A DNA stretch of 64,000 bases from Lingula anatina (GCA_051362555.1 CM120642.1:12710001-12774000); one strand, 5' to 3'; positions 42,096-54,965 are shown, counted from the stretch's first letter. A program made the numbers and translations. Notes: generated by a model from the sequence alone, not told the origin.

Positions 42096-42716
42096 ATGAC
42101 AGGAGGGAGAGAACTCCGTGAACTCCTGGACGGGAAGAATGACAACTGGCGGGAAAACCTCGACGACCCGGCCTGGTCCGAGTGGCTGCCTGCCATGATT
42201 CCGTCCACCCTCCGCGCCTGGTTTCCCATGACCGAGGACAACCTCATTTACCACACCCTATGGGAGGAGGAAGAACTACGCCAGCGCCCAAACTACAAAA
42301 GTTACTACTGCGACAGCGTGAGGGAAAGTCTACGCGGCAAAAGATGCGGTATTTTTGAGCTGGGTATCAAGATTGGGGACACATACGCGGCGGTCTACCT
42401 CGGCTCCACGCTGAGACATCCAAAGAGGAATTACACGGATGCCTTACGCCACAGAATAGAAGAGTTTTTACAAAATTCGAAAAATCCAAAGGCTAAAGAA
42501 ATTGAGGCCGCCCTTTCGTCACAGTTCGCGTTGTACGTGCGGTATAAAGAGATAAAGAAGCCCGAGGGAGATGTGACTACGAATAAGGACGAGAATTCAT
42601 GGGCTGAAAATGCAGAGAATGACTTGCTGGATTCTTACGACTATGCGTGGAATGTCAGACGGAACGGAAAAAATGAGTCGCGTGTCATATCGGAGTTGCA
42701 GAAGTCAAAATGTTAG
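42096..42716 (+). CDS. GIY-YIG nuclease-superfamily protein, plant EFFECTOR OF TRANSCRIPTION (ET/HRT)-like domain, 206 aa
   Basis: Uninterrupted ORF with an in-frame TAA at 42090 before the ATG. Motifs WSEW, CGIFELGI, VYLG, LRHRI, LYVRY and AENAENDLLDSYDYAWNVRRNG match the remembered ET pattern FSKW / PGLYELGV / YLG / VRSRL / ILYRW / AEATEGMLLSTFDYAWNKGSNG. Splice acceptor TTTCAG at 42078 in the 5'UTR; AATAAA at 43069. Confidence 0.85.
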   Translation: MTGGRELRELLDGKNDNWRENLDDPAWSEWLPAMIPSTLRAWFPMTEDNLIYHTLWEEEELRQRPNYKSYYCDSVRESLRGKRCGIFELGIKIGDTYAAVYLGSTLRHPKRNYTDALRHRIEEFLQNSKNPKAKEIEAALSSQFALYVRYKEIKKPEGDVTTNKDENSWAENAENDLLDSYDYAWNVRRNGKNESRVISELQKSKC

Positions 42717-44354
42717 CCCATGCGACTTTTTTTAAGTAGAAGAGGCTACAAGACAACGTGCGACTTAACCGAATATAAAATATTATGGCTTATCAGATAT
42801 CAATTGACGTTTTGTACGGGTTAACAAATGAACAAATTTTAGCAGACGGCATTTCAATGCTTCGCCTCTCAAAAAACAGCTTAGAAGTACAGCAGACGAT
42901 AAAATCTTTCGTTGACATGCAGTTTTTCAACCTACAAACCTATGGTTTAACATAGGGACATGTGGAGACTCAGCAAACGACTTAATAATAAATGATCATT
43001 TCAACAGAGAAAAGACCGCAACAAAGCAGACGACCAAAGCATTTGCATGGCGGTATTCATTATATTTCAATAAAACATGCTTGCTTGATCTAATGGAAAA
43101 TGACATATTTGATGATCCGGATTACGCGTATACTGATATACATTTTACACCTTGATCAGTGAATTTTGTCTCTCTATGCCGTGGGTAGTATAGCAAACAA
43201 ACCCAAAACGGATCCGTTTGTTGACACAAGCGAAGGATCGTATGGCCGCAGATATAAATATTTCATAGCCTAGATTCTCAAATTGCATTCCTAGCGTGAC
43301 CAACAAGTATAACACTACTTGATGAACATATCACGGCAATATTATTATGCAACGTTAGCCTTTAGGCGCGCATTTCGAGTGCGATGGTTTTCCTGACACG
43401 CCATTTCGATTTAACAACAAAATGTATGGTTACGCGTCATTTAGACTTGAGAATGCATAATAAATTGCGCCAGCTCTTAGGTGGATAATGGAGTCTTTTG
43501 GAGCCACTACCACAACCGGTTATGCGAAGATATTATACTTGCAAAAATAAAGTTTTCATTCTATAAGTATTGGTGGTGCTATCAGAGACAGTAGTGTTTT
43601 TTACGGTTGTCGTAGTTTATTCTAACTTATACCCACGTAAAGAAAAATTACACAGCAAAAGAAAATTGGCCGTATGGCATCAGTAGTTTTTAACAAACTT
43701 CAGTCAAAAATCGGTTTTAACTCTTAGATAAAAAAATTAAATTTCTGGCCAAGTTCAATTAAGGACAGATCTTTGGTAGTTCGCTTAAGCGACTTTCAAA
43801 AACATATAGTCTCTTGGTTAAAATCTGGTATTTCAGTGGACAAAAGTTAATGGATCTTGAATCAAAGTCCAAAATGAAGATGACCGACCATGTGTCCAGT
43901 ATGCTCATATAGTTGCATTGTATGTCATTTATTTTCGATTCAAAACCGCAACGCTTTACGTGAACAGGAAAACACTTTTTAAAATCTCATTGCACACAAT
44001 TTTTGTTCGCCGTTTTGGCCAACAATGCAAACGAAGCTAAACGTTGACAGGATATAATCCCCATAAATGGTCCACTTTGATCTTCTGAACCAATCATAAA
44101 ATCATCTTCTGGGCCATTCATAAATATACTTAACAATAAACAAAACCGAAATATCCCAAAACTTAACAAATATATCTATTTTGAGCAAAGATATTATATT
44201 GAAGCATTCCTCCAATATTATATCAGACGTGATTTTTGACGTAAAAAATGTAGGGAAAAAAATGAGTCGGTGGCCTCGAGGCCGGGGTGTAGGGCCGCTT
44301 GGCGGAATACCTTTAAGAAATAAAAATAAATAATATAGAATTTCCCATTTAAAT

Positions 44355-44396
<42 letters not shown>
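44355..44396 (+). repeat. G42 homopolymer
   Basis: Read directly; it generates the spurious poly-Pro ORFs in the track. Confidence 0.95.
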
Positions 44397-44397
<1 letters not shown>

Positions 44398-46049
44398 AAT
44401 CATGTCTGATATATACAGTTGATAACACTATTTTGTGAAATACTTTTGTGGCATGTTAAATTTACTGCACCTTTATGTCATAAGTATTACGCACGGTCCG
44501 CTGTGACAACTTCATTCTTCGAGATCTAGTTCCATATCATCGAAATGTCCTCTTTTTCCAATGATTGCATTTATGAAAATTATTGCACAATAATAAAATG
44601 TCTACTTGACTTCCAACAACTCAACTGATATGTTCACCTTTATATCGTTAAATAATTGCAGTTTTTGTCATAATGGAAGCCAAGTCCTTTCTGAAGATGA
44701 CGATGGTGATGGTAACCTTGACAACGGAAAATGTGCCATGAAAACAGCGTTTTCCAGGTCCAAACTGGCCGTTGCATGAAAGCCTATATTGGTGATGACA
44801 ACTATGTACTCGCATAGTGCAAACAAAGAGTACACTGAAAATCAGAAAAAAGAGTGTCACCATAAAAAATGCTTAAAGCATAAATTTACAGAATATAAAA
44901 ACAAAATTAAAAAAATGGACGTAGTTTTCTGTTTGAACAATTCCAATTTAATACTTTGATTATAAATTTAACATTTTAAATTTGAGACTTGGCATGTAAA
45001 AGGTATGTCAATACATCGTCCGGAAAAACTACAAGTTGTTGGAAATAATGACCCGTCTGGCACCTTTCCTATGTAAGAATAAAAAGCCATTTCGTTTCAG
45101 TTTGTACAATTTTATTACGACAAAACTGGTATTTGGTTATACCAAACAGCTGTATTCTTTTTTATAAAATACCACATCTATCAAAAAAGAGAAAAAAAGA
45201 TCTCAGTATTCTGCAGTGTACGTAAACACATACTATTACTAGTAATAAACCCCTTGTTACACCGAGCTGCCGACCGCTTGAAGAATGAATTTTTCCCCAC
45301 ACCTTAAATTTGGGTTTTGACAATAATTGATGATCATCATCGTATTTATACATATGCATTGATGAACTTTTAACATTTCAGCTTGCATATTTGAAAGAGT
45401 GGGTCAAAATTGGTCGTCTTCAAGTGGTGGCAAGCCCAATGCTAGAAGCACACAATCAACAATCTTATGAAAAATAAAAACGTCCTCAACTCGATATATA
45501 ACTGCCACGTAGTCATAGACAATATAGGTGATCTTGATCTATCCTACTGTCTTAATATACTGACATTTCAATACTGTTTTACCACTTCATTACAACTTTA
45601 TCAAAAATAGTGAGAAAGATCACAATGCAAACAAAGTTAAATGTTGACAGGATATAATCCCCATAAATGGCCCACTTTGATCATTTTCAACCAAAAACAA
45701 TATCGACTCATTATTTCCATCTTCTTCACAACACAGCACAAAAACACATTTTAGATTAATCTATACAATTCCTCTAGCCTGAGAGAAAATAATTGTTTTT
45801 TTCTTTTCACAAAGGGTTTTGTGTATTTTGTCTGTTTCAAAAGATTTCTTTTATTTACAAGATTACTACTCTTAAATTCATTTTTATGTATAGAATGCAC
45901 ATTAATCATTAAATTGCTATAAGATATTCTGACAAAGATAAATTATTCTACACTTAGTCTAGTCTCCCTCGATGGAAACATCCATTTCAGTCTTAATATC
46001 ACACTATATCACAATTATATCAATAAATACTGGTCAAAAAAGTCACCGT

Positions 46050-46195
46050 CTATGCCATCTTCTCTGATCTTCCACTCATACTAATGGGTGCTACATAAAC
46101 TTCATGTTCCCCAAAGTCAAGCACTACACAAGCATGGTGGAATGCTATGTTAGTCACCACAATCACATACTCCAGGAATGCAAATATTGTGTACA
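46050..46195 (-). CDS. PGAP2: PGAP2 (post-GPI attachment to proteins factor 2, Frag1/DRAM/Sfk1 family), exon 5 of 5
   Basis: Acceptor ctag|TG; encodes VYTIFAFLEYVIVVTNIAFHHACVVLDFGEHE...stop, resembling human [20 protein letters not shown]...DFG. Confidence 0.9.
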
Positions 46196-46693
46196 CTAGA
46201 AGAATAAGGAACAGAAATCTTAAAGAAGAATTAATCAAAATGATAAGAAAAGATGTTGAAAGTGCACCTTTAGCATTGCAAGATTTTATGCATTAATGCA
46301 TTGTGTTTTGCCTATTTGCCTCTGTAATTAGGTACAGTACGTTTAAAGGAATGCTTTTGCTGATTGCTATTTTTATTGATGAAATGAGGTTGTTACTTTT
46401 TATTACCCTTTTGATGTTTTTAAACAGGGTACATAATGTTTCAGCAAGCTGTCGACTGCAAAAAACATTTTAGTCCTTCATTCAGAGAGTAAAAGCTTGG
46501 ATTGCAATCCATCCACTAAATCACCCCCTCTGTGGTCCCCAAATTAAGAGGTCAACACAATGACTTTCAGTTGGTAATAAGGATAGTTTACATAGGGGAG
46601 GGGTGCCTGAGGGGTGTGCAATGAAACATATACTTTCTGATATTAAAACTAAACTCTTAATCAACTGGACATGGCCCAACTTAGAAAACTTAC

Positions 46694-46802
46694 CTCCTGG
46701 TTCACATTTACTATTATGTCTGATGAAGAAATATACAGACGCCAGGAAAGATAAGATGTTCACCAAGAACAGTATTGTTTTATACTTCTGTGATCTTCTA
46801 TC
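46694..46802 (-). CDS. PGAP2: PGAP2 exon 4 of 5
   Basis: tttcag|GAT...GGA G|gtaag; encodes DRRSQKYKTILFLVNILSFLASVYFFIRHNSKCEPG (conserved RHNxxCExG). Confidence 0.9.
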
Positions 46803-47412
46803 CTGAAAATCAAACATGAATGCATTATGTACATAGGTTTTACAAAGATTTAATCATGAGTATAAAATCATCTTGGATATGGCTCCTTTATAGGAAACTT
46901 AATTCAACAAAAGCAGTAAAAGTTTCTGCACTGTGACCTCAATACCATAACACAATCATATTCTTATCAATTTCGCTTTTTCCACTGTTTGTCTCTAAAT
47001 AACACGCTGAATAACACATCATCAAGTTACTGTCTAGATATCACTTCTGATAGTTTCCCACAACATTACTTACTACATAGGTTGTAAAATATTTTACATA
47101 AAAGGTCTAAAGATGGCTCTGATTAAAAAGAGGTCTAAATAAGACTTTAGGTTTTTCTTGCAATATGCATTCTTTTGAGTGCTGGAGAGCAAGCTTTTCA
47201 GTAAACATAAAAAGTCAACATCTAGTTATCTTGCTGCAAAAGGCCTATTGCAAGATGAAATTAACTACAAAGTAATCAGCTGACCAGTGGTCAACAGAGA
47301 CAGGCACTTTTTTATCATCCCCTTCTATTCCAAAATACCTTTGTTTTTATCAATCACACAGAAGTTGGAACATACAGGTACTCTTTTACTTTTTATATGT
47401 ACAAGCCCTTAC

Positions 47413-47522
47413 CTTGTGATTCTCAGGCTTATCCTGGTTACACCACCTCATTAGAATACACATGATAAGCATGAAGAGTAAGGAAAACACCATGAAGGAA
47501 ATAAACAAGTTTTCATGGAGTC
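47413..47522 (-). CDS. PGAP2: PGAP2 exon 3 of 5
   Basis: ttttag|GA...AAG|gtaag; encodes LHENLFISFMVFSLLFMLIMCILMRW (conserved HE..F..F). Confidence 0.88.
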
Positions 47523-48004
47523 CTAAAATGAAAAAAGTAAACAAAAACCTCCTAATATCCGGTCATCTATCCTTTTCATCAATAGCTCACATTATATTTC
47601 GTACTTCAGCATCAATCAAATTAGCACTGATATAATTAACCAATGTCAACTGCACTATGACAAAATTAAATAAACTAAATGTCCAGCTTATTACTTTCTT
47701 AATGAAAAGACTTAGTTTACTTTTAAATTTGGTTGACTTTATGTGATGAAACTAATAACTTAATAAAACCAATAATAAAAAAAATCAGATTGGTGATTCT
47801 TTTTTTTTTAAAGATAAAAATATTCAATTGAAAACATTTCCCTATGCCATTAAAAGTGATATTTGAATGAAAGTTAAAACTATAGCAGACACAGACTGTA
47901 ACTGAATCCTGTTATATTATTATGTATTTATGTATTAATTGCTATTCGATCAATTTACAATATATGGATCACAAACCCAGTCCAGACCATTTTCTGTCTG
48001 TTAC

Positions 48005-48266
48005 CTCTGTTCTCTGAGGATGAGATGAAGGTCAGCCCAACCAGAGAACTGATTTCTATCACATGTGACAAACATGCTGTCCATAGCATCAAGGTAAATG
48101 CAAACTTCTGTTTCACATTGTCCATAGAGTTTTGGAAATATCTATAATACATGAAAGGCATCATGTAACGTGGAGCACAGTGTAAACCAATGCAGATTCT
48201 CCAGATGTATTTTTCAGGGGTAAAGCCTCCAATTGCAGCACTGATCGATGGGAGGTAATTTCGAAC
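48005..48266 (-). CDS. PGAP2: PGAP2 exon 2 of 5
   Basis: ttttag|GTT...AGA G|gtaac; encodes VRNYLPSISAAIGGFTPEKYIWRICIGLHCAPR...LVGLTFISSSENR. Confidence 0.92.
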
Positions 48267-48791
48267 CTAAAAAGACAAGCCATGCATGTAAAAAATCTAC
48301 CACTGAATTAAGAGCAGAATAATGAGACCTTTAACTGTTAAATCAACATGAATCTTAACATCTAAATAAATATTTTGACTGAAATTTAGAATACTGGTAT
48401 GAGTACAGGATCACTAAAAGCAACTAGAAGCTTTGGCAGAAAAAATAATGTCTATGATAATCCTTCAGTCAGAATAATCACAAAATCTAAAATATAACAT
48501 GAAATCAAATAGCTGTCACCGTGGTCAACACTATACAGTACCCCCCCCCCCCCCCCCAACACACACAAAACATTATAATTCAAATCCAAATAGGAGTGGA
48601 AACTACAGTATACAAAAAACCCTCCCCCGAACGAACACACCAGGTGAAATTGTACACAGATTTTCCTGCTCTCAAAAGGTTGGAAGGTCTGCTGTTAGAG
48701 TCAGTTTACTGTCTGCAGCGCACGTCGCTGATGTCATTTCACTTGTTGTAATCACTGTCAGTGATAGCCATAGTCATTTAAAGAATCTTAC

Positions 48792-48953
48792 CCCGCAGTG
48801 AGTGGCTGTTGCCCCTTCAAAATGTAAGTAAAGGCTGGTCCCAACGCAGGCTAGAAAACCGAAGAGAGGCAGTGAGCAGCAGATGCACGAGAGCCTCTGC
48901 ATTGATATTCGAAACACGACCTCATCTTCTTTTCTTTTTGTACTTGATGACAT
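48792..48953 (-). CDS. PGAP2: PGAP2 exon 1 of 5 (whole protein 262 aa)
   Basis: ATG at 48953; encodes MSSSTKRKEDEVVFRISMQRLSCICCSLPLFGFLACVGTSLYLHFEGATATHCG, then |gtaaga (conserved TATHCG). Missing from the ORF track because it is under 60 aa. Confidence 0.9.
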
Positions 48954-49310
48954 TGTTAACCTTCTTGAAATTGGTTACACCAGTTAAAATAGGCAATAGT
49001 ATTGTAAAATATTGAATGAATTATGTCTTAAATCTGCCGGCTGAATCCCACGGAATAGTCACAACACGCATGCGCATCAGTGAATTCTGGGATAATTTTC
49101 AGCATGGCGGATGAGGAAGAAAAAAAATATCGTCTTATGTATTTTTACCTGGAATGCACGATAGCACGTCATCGAAAAGACAATTCTTTAATAGCTTTGT
49201 GAGCTTTGGTTTGTCTTCACGTGTTTGGATATAAATGCAGATTTTCATGATAACGGTATTCAAAATATATTGCGAAAAGAAAACGTAAGCAACGTAAACA
49301 AATTCGGATC
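48954..49310. promoter_or_regulatory. Bidirectional promoter PGAP2 / ATG13
   Basis: Divergent start codons 357 bp apart; CpG-rich; NRF1-like GCATGCGC at 49068, ZNF143/Staf-like GAATTCTGGGAT at 49082, YY1-like CATGGCGG at 49103. Confidence 0.75.
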
Positions 49311-49466
49311 ATGGCCACGCAGACAAAACTGAGCGCACAGGAGCGAAAGGACTTGGATCGTTTCACAAAGTTTTTCGTTTATAAGGCTGTACAAATAATA
49401 GTTCAGTCCAGGCTTGGGGAAAAAGTGCGAACTTCATCAAAACCAGCTTCAACGGGAGCAGATTGG
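49311..49466 (+). CDS. ATG13: Autophagy-related protein 13, exon 1 of 5 (whole protein 467 aa)
   Basis: [38 protein letters not shown]...GADW|gtaaga; start of the ATG13 HORMA domain. Confidence 0.95.
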
Positions 49467-50733
49467 GTAAGAGCAGAGGGCAATATTTCATACTTGTTTA
49501 CCTCTTTTGACACGGAATTCGATAGCTGTGGCAGGGTGCTTCGTAAACAAAGCACTTAATCGCACGTGCATGGTTTAACGACGATCTTCACCTAAAAATC
49601 GTGCCCTTGACCCGTGCCCTTGAACCAGCAATCAGATGAGTGTATAGAGTATAGTTGACTCATGAATATCATGTCCAGATGTGTTTTCTAGGATCGAAAA
49701 GTAAAACAGAGAAAGAAATGTCTTCATTGCACTGCATTTGTGTCTGTTTATTATTTAATTCTCCTCGCTTAAAAACTTTCTACCCCAACCAGGCATTAAA
49801 GGGAACATTGAGGACTATCAGCCCTTTTTATTCATTAGCTTTACTCTTTTGTGGATAACAAAAATTGGAATTTTTACAGAGGGTACAAACATTGTAGAAT
49901 GAGCCTTACAACAATGCCACCACAATTTAGATAGGATTTTACAACATGCTTTCCAAAGAAAAAATCTAGACTAACATTGATGTAAGTTTGCCTTAAATTC
50001 CCAGAAGGACACAGAGTTAGAAAATCAATACTAATTTTGCTCACTATCACAGCTCGACAAAAATCAAATTGAACAATTGTTTGTAAGGAAGGCCTGTGAA
50101 CCCACCTTAGTGGCAAGCTCTCAATTTTCAGAAAAGACTTCTTTCTTTTTGAGTATACCATCAGAAATGCTTGCCAAACAAAGAATATAATTATATTGCA
50201 CAAAAAGGATTACTAAAGATTGGGTGTTTGCAGGGAGATTCATATGAAACAAGTCGATACTTTTGATAATTACTCAAAATGACAACATCTATTCCATACT
50301 TAGTAAATATTGAGAAAGAAAGTCAAAAGATTAGGAAAAAATGCATGGTGCTGGGATTGCAGTTTATAGAGTTATTTTTAAATAAATATAATATAATAAT
50401 TTTGAATGTATTGTACATAGCTTAGTTTAAAATTGTTTCAAGGAGGCACTTTTTTTCTGGCTATTTAGTTTTATTCCCCTTTGCCAAAGCTTTAAAAGTA
50501 TTTAAAACAGGTTCTTTTTGTTCACATACTAGTATCCCCATTTTCAGTTAGGGACCAAATGTCTATAAATTTAAAGTCTAAATAATATTTGCCCCCTTTT
50601 TATACATATAAAAATTTCAGGATGCATGTTTCAATTTTATTCCAGTGTAATTAAACTTCTCATTATAAAAAAATCTAAGGTTGCTTTGTTGTTAGAGAAA
50701 GATATGGGACAAAATATTTTCATTTTATTCCAG

Positions 50734-51293
50734 TTTAATCTGGCCATAAGGGACATCCAGGAGGTGCAAAATGAGACCAAGAAGGTTGTATCAGGCCAGC
50801 AGCTGACAGTAGGAAGTCACATATGTGTAGAAGTATCCTTAAAGACAGCAGAAGGTGACAGCATGATACTAGAGACATGGCACATAGGGATGACCGAACA
50901 AACAGATCCTAATGTCAAGGTGTCCTATTCTGTGTACAACCGTATGGGCATCCTGCTCAAATCCCTGTTCTGTGTCACACGGGTCACACCAGCCTATAGG
51001 CTGTCAAGGCGGCAGGGGCCTGACAACTACGTGATATGTTATCGAGTTTACCAGGGGGAGCCTCAGGTCTATGCCTTGGGAGACGGGTATCAGAAAATGA
51101 AAGTTGGAAGTGTAGGGACTCCGACAGGGACAATTGCACTGGGTGGGGCCTACAGGGTAAAGATGCTGATTTCACCCCACTCCAGCTGTAAGGACTTGGC
51201 CACAGAGCTGAAAGATGATCACTTCAAGTCTGACACGAGCCCAAAGAGGGTTGCTACACCCAAACCTTGCTACCAAGGATATAAGTCACACAG
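50734..51293 (+). CDS. ATG13: ATG13 exon 2 of 5 (HORMA domain)
   Basis: ccag|TTT; FNLAIRD...[19 protein letters not shown]...[22 protein letters not shown]...VGTPTGTI; ends AG|gtaaat. Confidence 0.95.
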
Positions 51294-51598
51294 GTAAATA
51301 CTGTTTGTTGTTGGTGTTATCTTAAAGCAATCTAAATTAAGATATGGTTGTGGTCATGTTGTTTTAAGGGTGAAAATCTTGGTCAGCAGTTTTACCTAGA
51401 TGTAAATTATTTTTCAAAATTAAAGCTCAGAAGAAGGAGTGGATGAAGAGTTAAATCGGAAAATCCCTACACACTTGTCAATTCTTGAAAAAAATAAAAG
51501 AAAATGGAGTCGCCCAGCCTTTATGGTGATAATCAGATCTTGACAGTAGTGACATAGGTGAACTCCTTGCTACATGTTTGCTGTGTATCACATTTTAG

Positions 51599-51796
51599 GT
51601 CATCAACAGAAGACATTGCTCCCAGCACATCAGACTCTCAAGAACTATGTGCCACTACCTTCTCCACTAGTCCTGCAGATCCTCTGTACTCCCCCTCAGC
51701 CCAGCAGGACCTCAACTCGCCTCCCAGGTCACACCCCATCAAAATACAGAAGAAGCTCTCATTTGAAAACAAGAATGAGGTGTTCAAGCCACAGAG
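51599..51796 (+). CDS. ATG13: ATG13 exon 3 of 5
   Basis: tttag|G TCA...CAG AG|gtatg; Ser/Pro-rich region including CATTFSTSP; phase compatible with both neighbours. Confidence 0.88.
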
Positions 51797-52112
51797 GTAT
51801 GGTTTTAGGTTCAAACATATATCTTATTTACTTTATGAGTGCCTTTGTTTCCTTACTGCAAATTCTTTGTCATGCGTTTGTGAGATACTAGTATAATATT
51901 ATGAATGATTTTGGTTATTTCTGTCTTGAAAGCATTATGAAATTGTACTGGTACATACTTAAGCTGAATGTATATTACATCTTGCCAAGTTGTAACCTTA
52001 GCAGAATGACATACACAATATTTATCTTGTGATCTATGAATGATATCTCATAGATTTTAAATTTATGCCTTGGAAAAATAAACTAAGACAGCATTTTCCT
52101 TTATCACTGCAG

Positions 52113-52395
52113 TGCTCCAGAGAAGATCATCTCTCTAACCCAGGACCACAAACTGGGGGCTTTTGCTCCATCAAAACCACCGGAACAGAAATCTGTGGAT
52201 GATCTACCTTTTGTCACCCTTCTTCTCCACAACGAAGGTGACAGCACCGACAACGACAACACAGCCTCCAGTACCAGTAACAAGGACAACTCTGATATGA
52301 CTGACAATGTGATGGGATCCACTGGCAGTGGGACCTCAAATAAAAGCATCAGCAGTGGGGCATCCTGCTCTGAAGACTTTGTGTTGGTGGAACTG
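52113..52395 (+). CDS. ATG13: ATG13 exon 4 of 5
   Basis: tgcag|T GCT...GAA CTG|gtagg; contains KLGAFA, DDLPF and the LIR-type motif EDFVLVEL. Confidence 0.9.
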
Positions 52396-52846
52396 GTAGG
52401 TTTTCAATGTATCTGTTGCTTTTAGTTGGCTTTGTGTTACAGTTGAAACAGTGGAGGTTCTAAGGATGATAGGGGACACAAAATGCAAATGCCAAGTGAA
52501 GCAAGATGAAATGTTTGTGTTTTCCTGGTCCATATCTGGGAAAAACTGAGGTGTGCCGATCAAAATTCTCAGACAGATCACAACAAGTTGTCTTACGGTT
52601 TTGCTTGCGGTGGAATAAGTGAAGGTATTTTTGATTTTCCACATGTTGGAAAAATTCATGATGTTGGTGGTGACATCTTGTTAGTGAAAAAGTTGTCCAT
52701 AAGATAAAACTTCTTTGTATTCTATATTCACAGGAACACATTATTACTGGTACCAGATTTTCCAAGTAATAGAAAAGTGAAAGAGAAGAAAGACAAGAAG
52801 GATCAACAATAATAAGTTGCTTAATATGTTGTATACTTTCTTTCAG

Positions 52847-53053
52847 AAAACTCCATTTGCTGCTGCCGATTCAAACACAGACCTAGGGAAGTTTGTGCGT
52901 GACTGTCAAGCACCGCCATTGTTGTCAATGTTTGAAGAACAGCCAACAGTTGAGGAAACTCTGGATCAAATCACGCAGCAGCTGGCCATGTTTGAGTCCA
53001 CCATGCCAGAATTTGATGACTTTGTCAACTCATTACAGACAACAGAGGCATAA
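52847..53053 (+). CDS. ATG13: ATG13 exon 5 of 5
   Basis: tttcag|AAA; KTPFA...DLGKFVRDCQAPP...FDDFVNSLQ (ULK1-binding C-terminus); TAA stop. Confidence 0.93.
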   Translation, partial: KTPFAAADSNTDLGKFVRDCQAPPLLSMFEEQPTVEETLDQITQQLAMFESTMPEFDDFVNSLQTTEA

Positions 53054-54965
53054 ATGTGCACTGAAGTTGTCATACTCTACAAGGCACTGGTTGGGATGTA
53101 CTTGGGAAATAAAAAACAATCTACTCTGACAAACAAAGTGGCTTCTTAACTGTAAGTCTGCCTTGCCAGAATTTGGCACTTTTATTTTGCTGTTTTCAAC
53201 TAGCTTCCTTAAAATGAACATCAGTGACTTTCAGAGATGTATCTCAAATCTGCCAAATGTTACAAAATCATGATATAAGACAAGTTGTTGATGACTTATT
53301 ATTATTGAAGTGGAATCAATACCATGCATGGAAACAGATTTTTCACATTGTATATAAATATATATATGTCACACTATACAGATTATGTGTATGTATGCTT
53401 GCTCATGTAAAATGGTAAAGGTATTTGATACACTGCTGACACATTGTTTGATATATGTTTGAGACATTTTTGTGAATATCTCGAGTAGGTCAATGTAACA
53501 TGTTGATGAATGTGTGGAAAGTACTAGACATGTTTTTAGGCAGCAGCAGGAGGTAATTCCAGAGGGCACTATTAATGAAGTCTCTCTTTTTAATTTAAAG
53601 TTTTTATTTTAATGTTGCATGAATAGTATGTATGTTTGTGATTACAAATGTGCCCTTGTGGCAGCAACTATAGAGTCATTGCTCAGGTTTGTATTTGAGA
53701 TCAGTTTTTGAAGTAAGCTCATATCTAAATGCTGTCGAGTATGCACACCAGAAAGAAAATAAGGAATCAAAGTAGAATGCAAAGGATGTACAGAGAATCA
53801 CTGGGAAGTTAAGATATGAAGGGATTCTGTAAAAAAATGTGAAACTTTTTTTATCATTTTTTAAAATTGTTTATTACTCCAGTTGAGACAACACACAGTC
53901 TCAAATTACTATTTTAAAATCCAGATTTATTCCCTTCAAATCCTGTTTTTCTTTTAGTTTTTTATACTTAGTCACTGCGCCAATACTTAATTATGCTCAT
54001 TCTTCTGGCTGCGGGAGACATGATGCTTTAATTTGTCCTCTCTCTCAGTGGTAGTGTTTCTCTTTTTATTTATTTTTTTCTGTGATTTAGCAGTTTTACT
54101 CCATTTTAAGTTATCACCTTCATTATGCCAACAGCAGGTATTGTACTCACAAAGTGTGCATTATATGAAGGTTACTTATTGTAACAGTAATGTGTTGGTA
54201 TCAGTTGTTGTACATAAAAGTAATATGTGTCATTTTGTAAAAAAAATACAATCCAAGCAGAACGGTTATTACTGTAATTGTTGATGGATTTTATCATGTG
54301 CCAAGAACCCCAGCCTTAAGATGAAAGAGATGCAACCAGACAAAGATGTCAATGTCTGACTATGTTCATGATAAGTGAAAGAAGGGAACTTTCAGATTAG
54401 ATAAGGATTTTTGTTTGATTTGTTCATCCTGATTTGGTATCTGTAAAATGGACAAGAAGCTGTATGTAAAGTGCTACTGTGATACTCTCATTATGAACAC
54501 AATATTTTTAATATTGTATAAGATTTCCACAGATGTTATTGTATGGATTTTTGAATCAAACAAAGCCAAATTATGTCTGCCTTGGGAGGACTATGCTAAA
54601 TCGGGTGTTTTGTGGAGCAAAATTTGAAGACTGCTTTAATCTCATAGTTAAGCTGATGAGGCAAGTGATTGCAACATTGTTAAGTGTGATGTACTAGGTA
54701 CCAAACCGGGTCCCATGTCATTTAATTTATAACTAATATACATTGTCAACAAACCATTTATGGATGATGTAATGATATCCAACTTCTTTGCAACTTTTAA
54801 TGAAAAAATTGTATTTGAATGAATGTGTCAATGAAAGAAGAAATGTTAGTAACTTTTATGGATGTGAAAAGGTCTCAACCCAAAGGCTCGGGGTTGTATA
54901 CTGCAAACCATGCATGTTACATGTGTGCATGTAAATATGTACAGTGCTGCTATTGTTCTTGAGTA

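Noticed and set aside
44102-44428. Poly-proline ORFs
   Set aside because: Translations of the G42 homopolymer.
48499-49015. Plus-strand ORFs upstream of ATG13
   Set aside because: Antisense to PGAP2 exon 1 and intron 1, with no independent coding signal.
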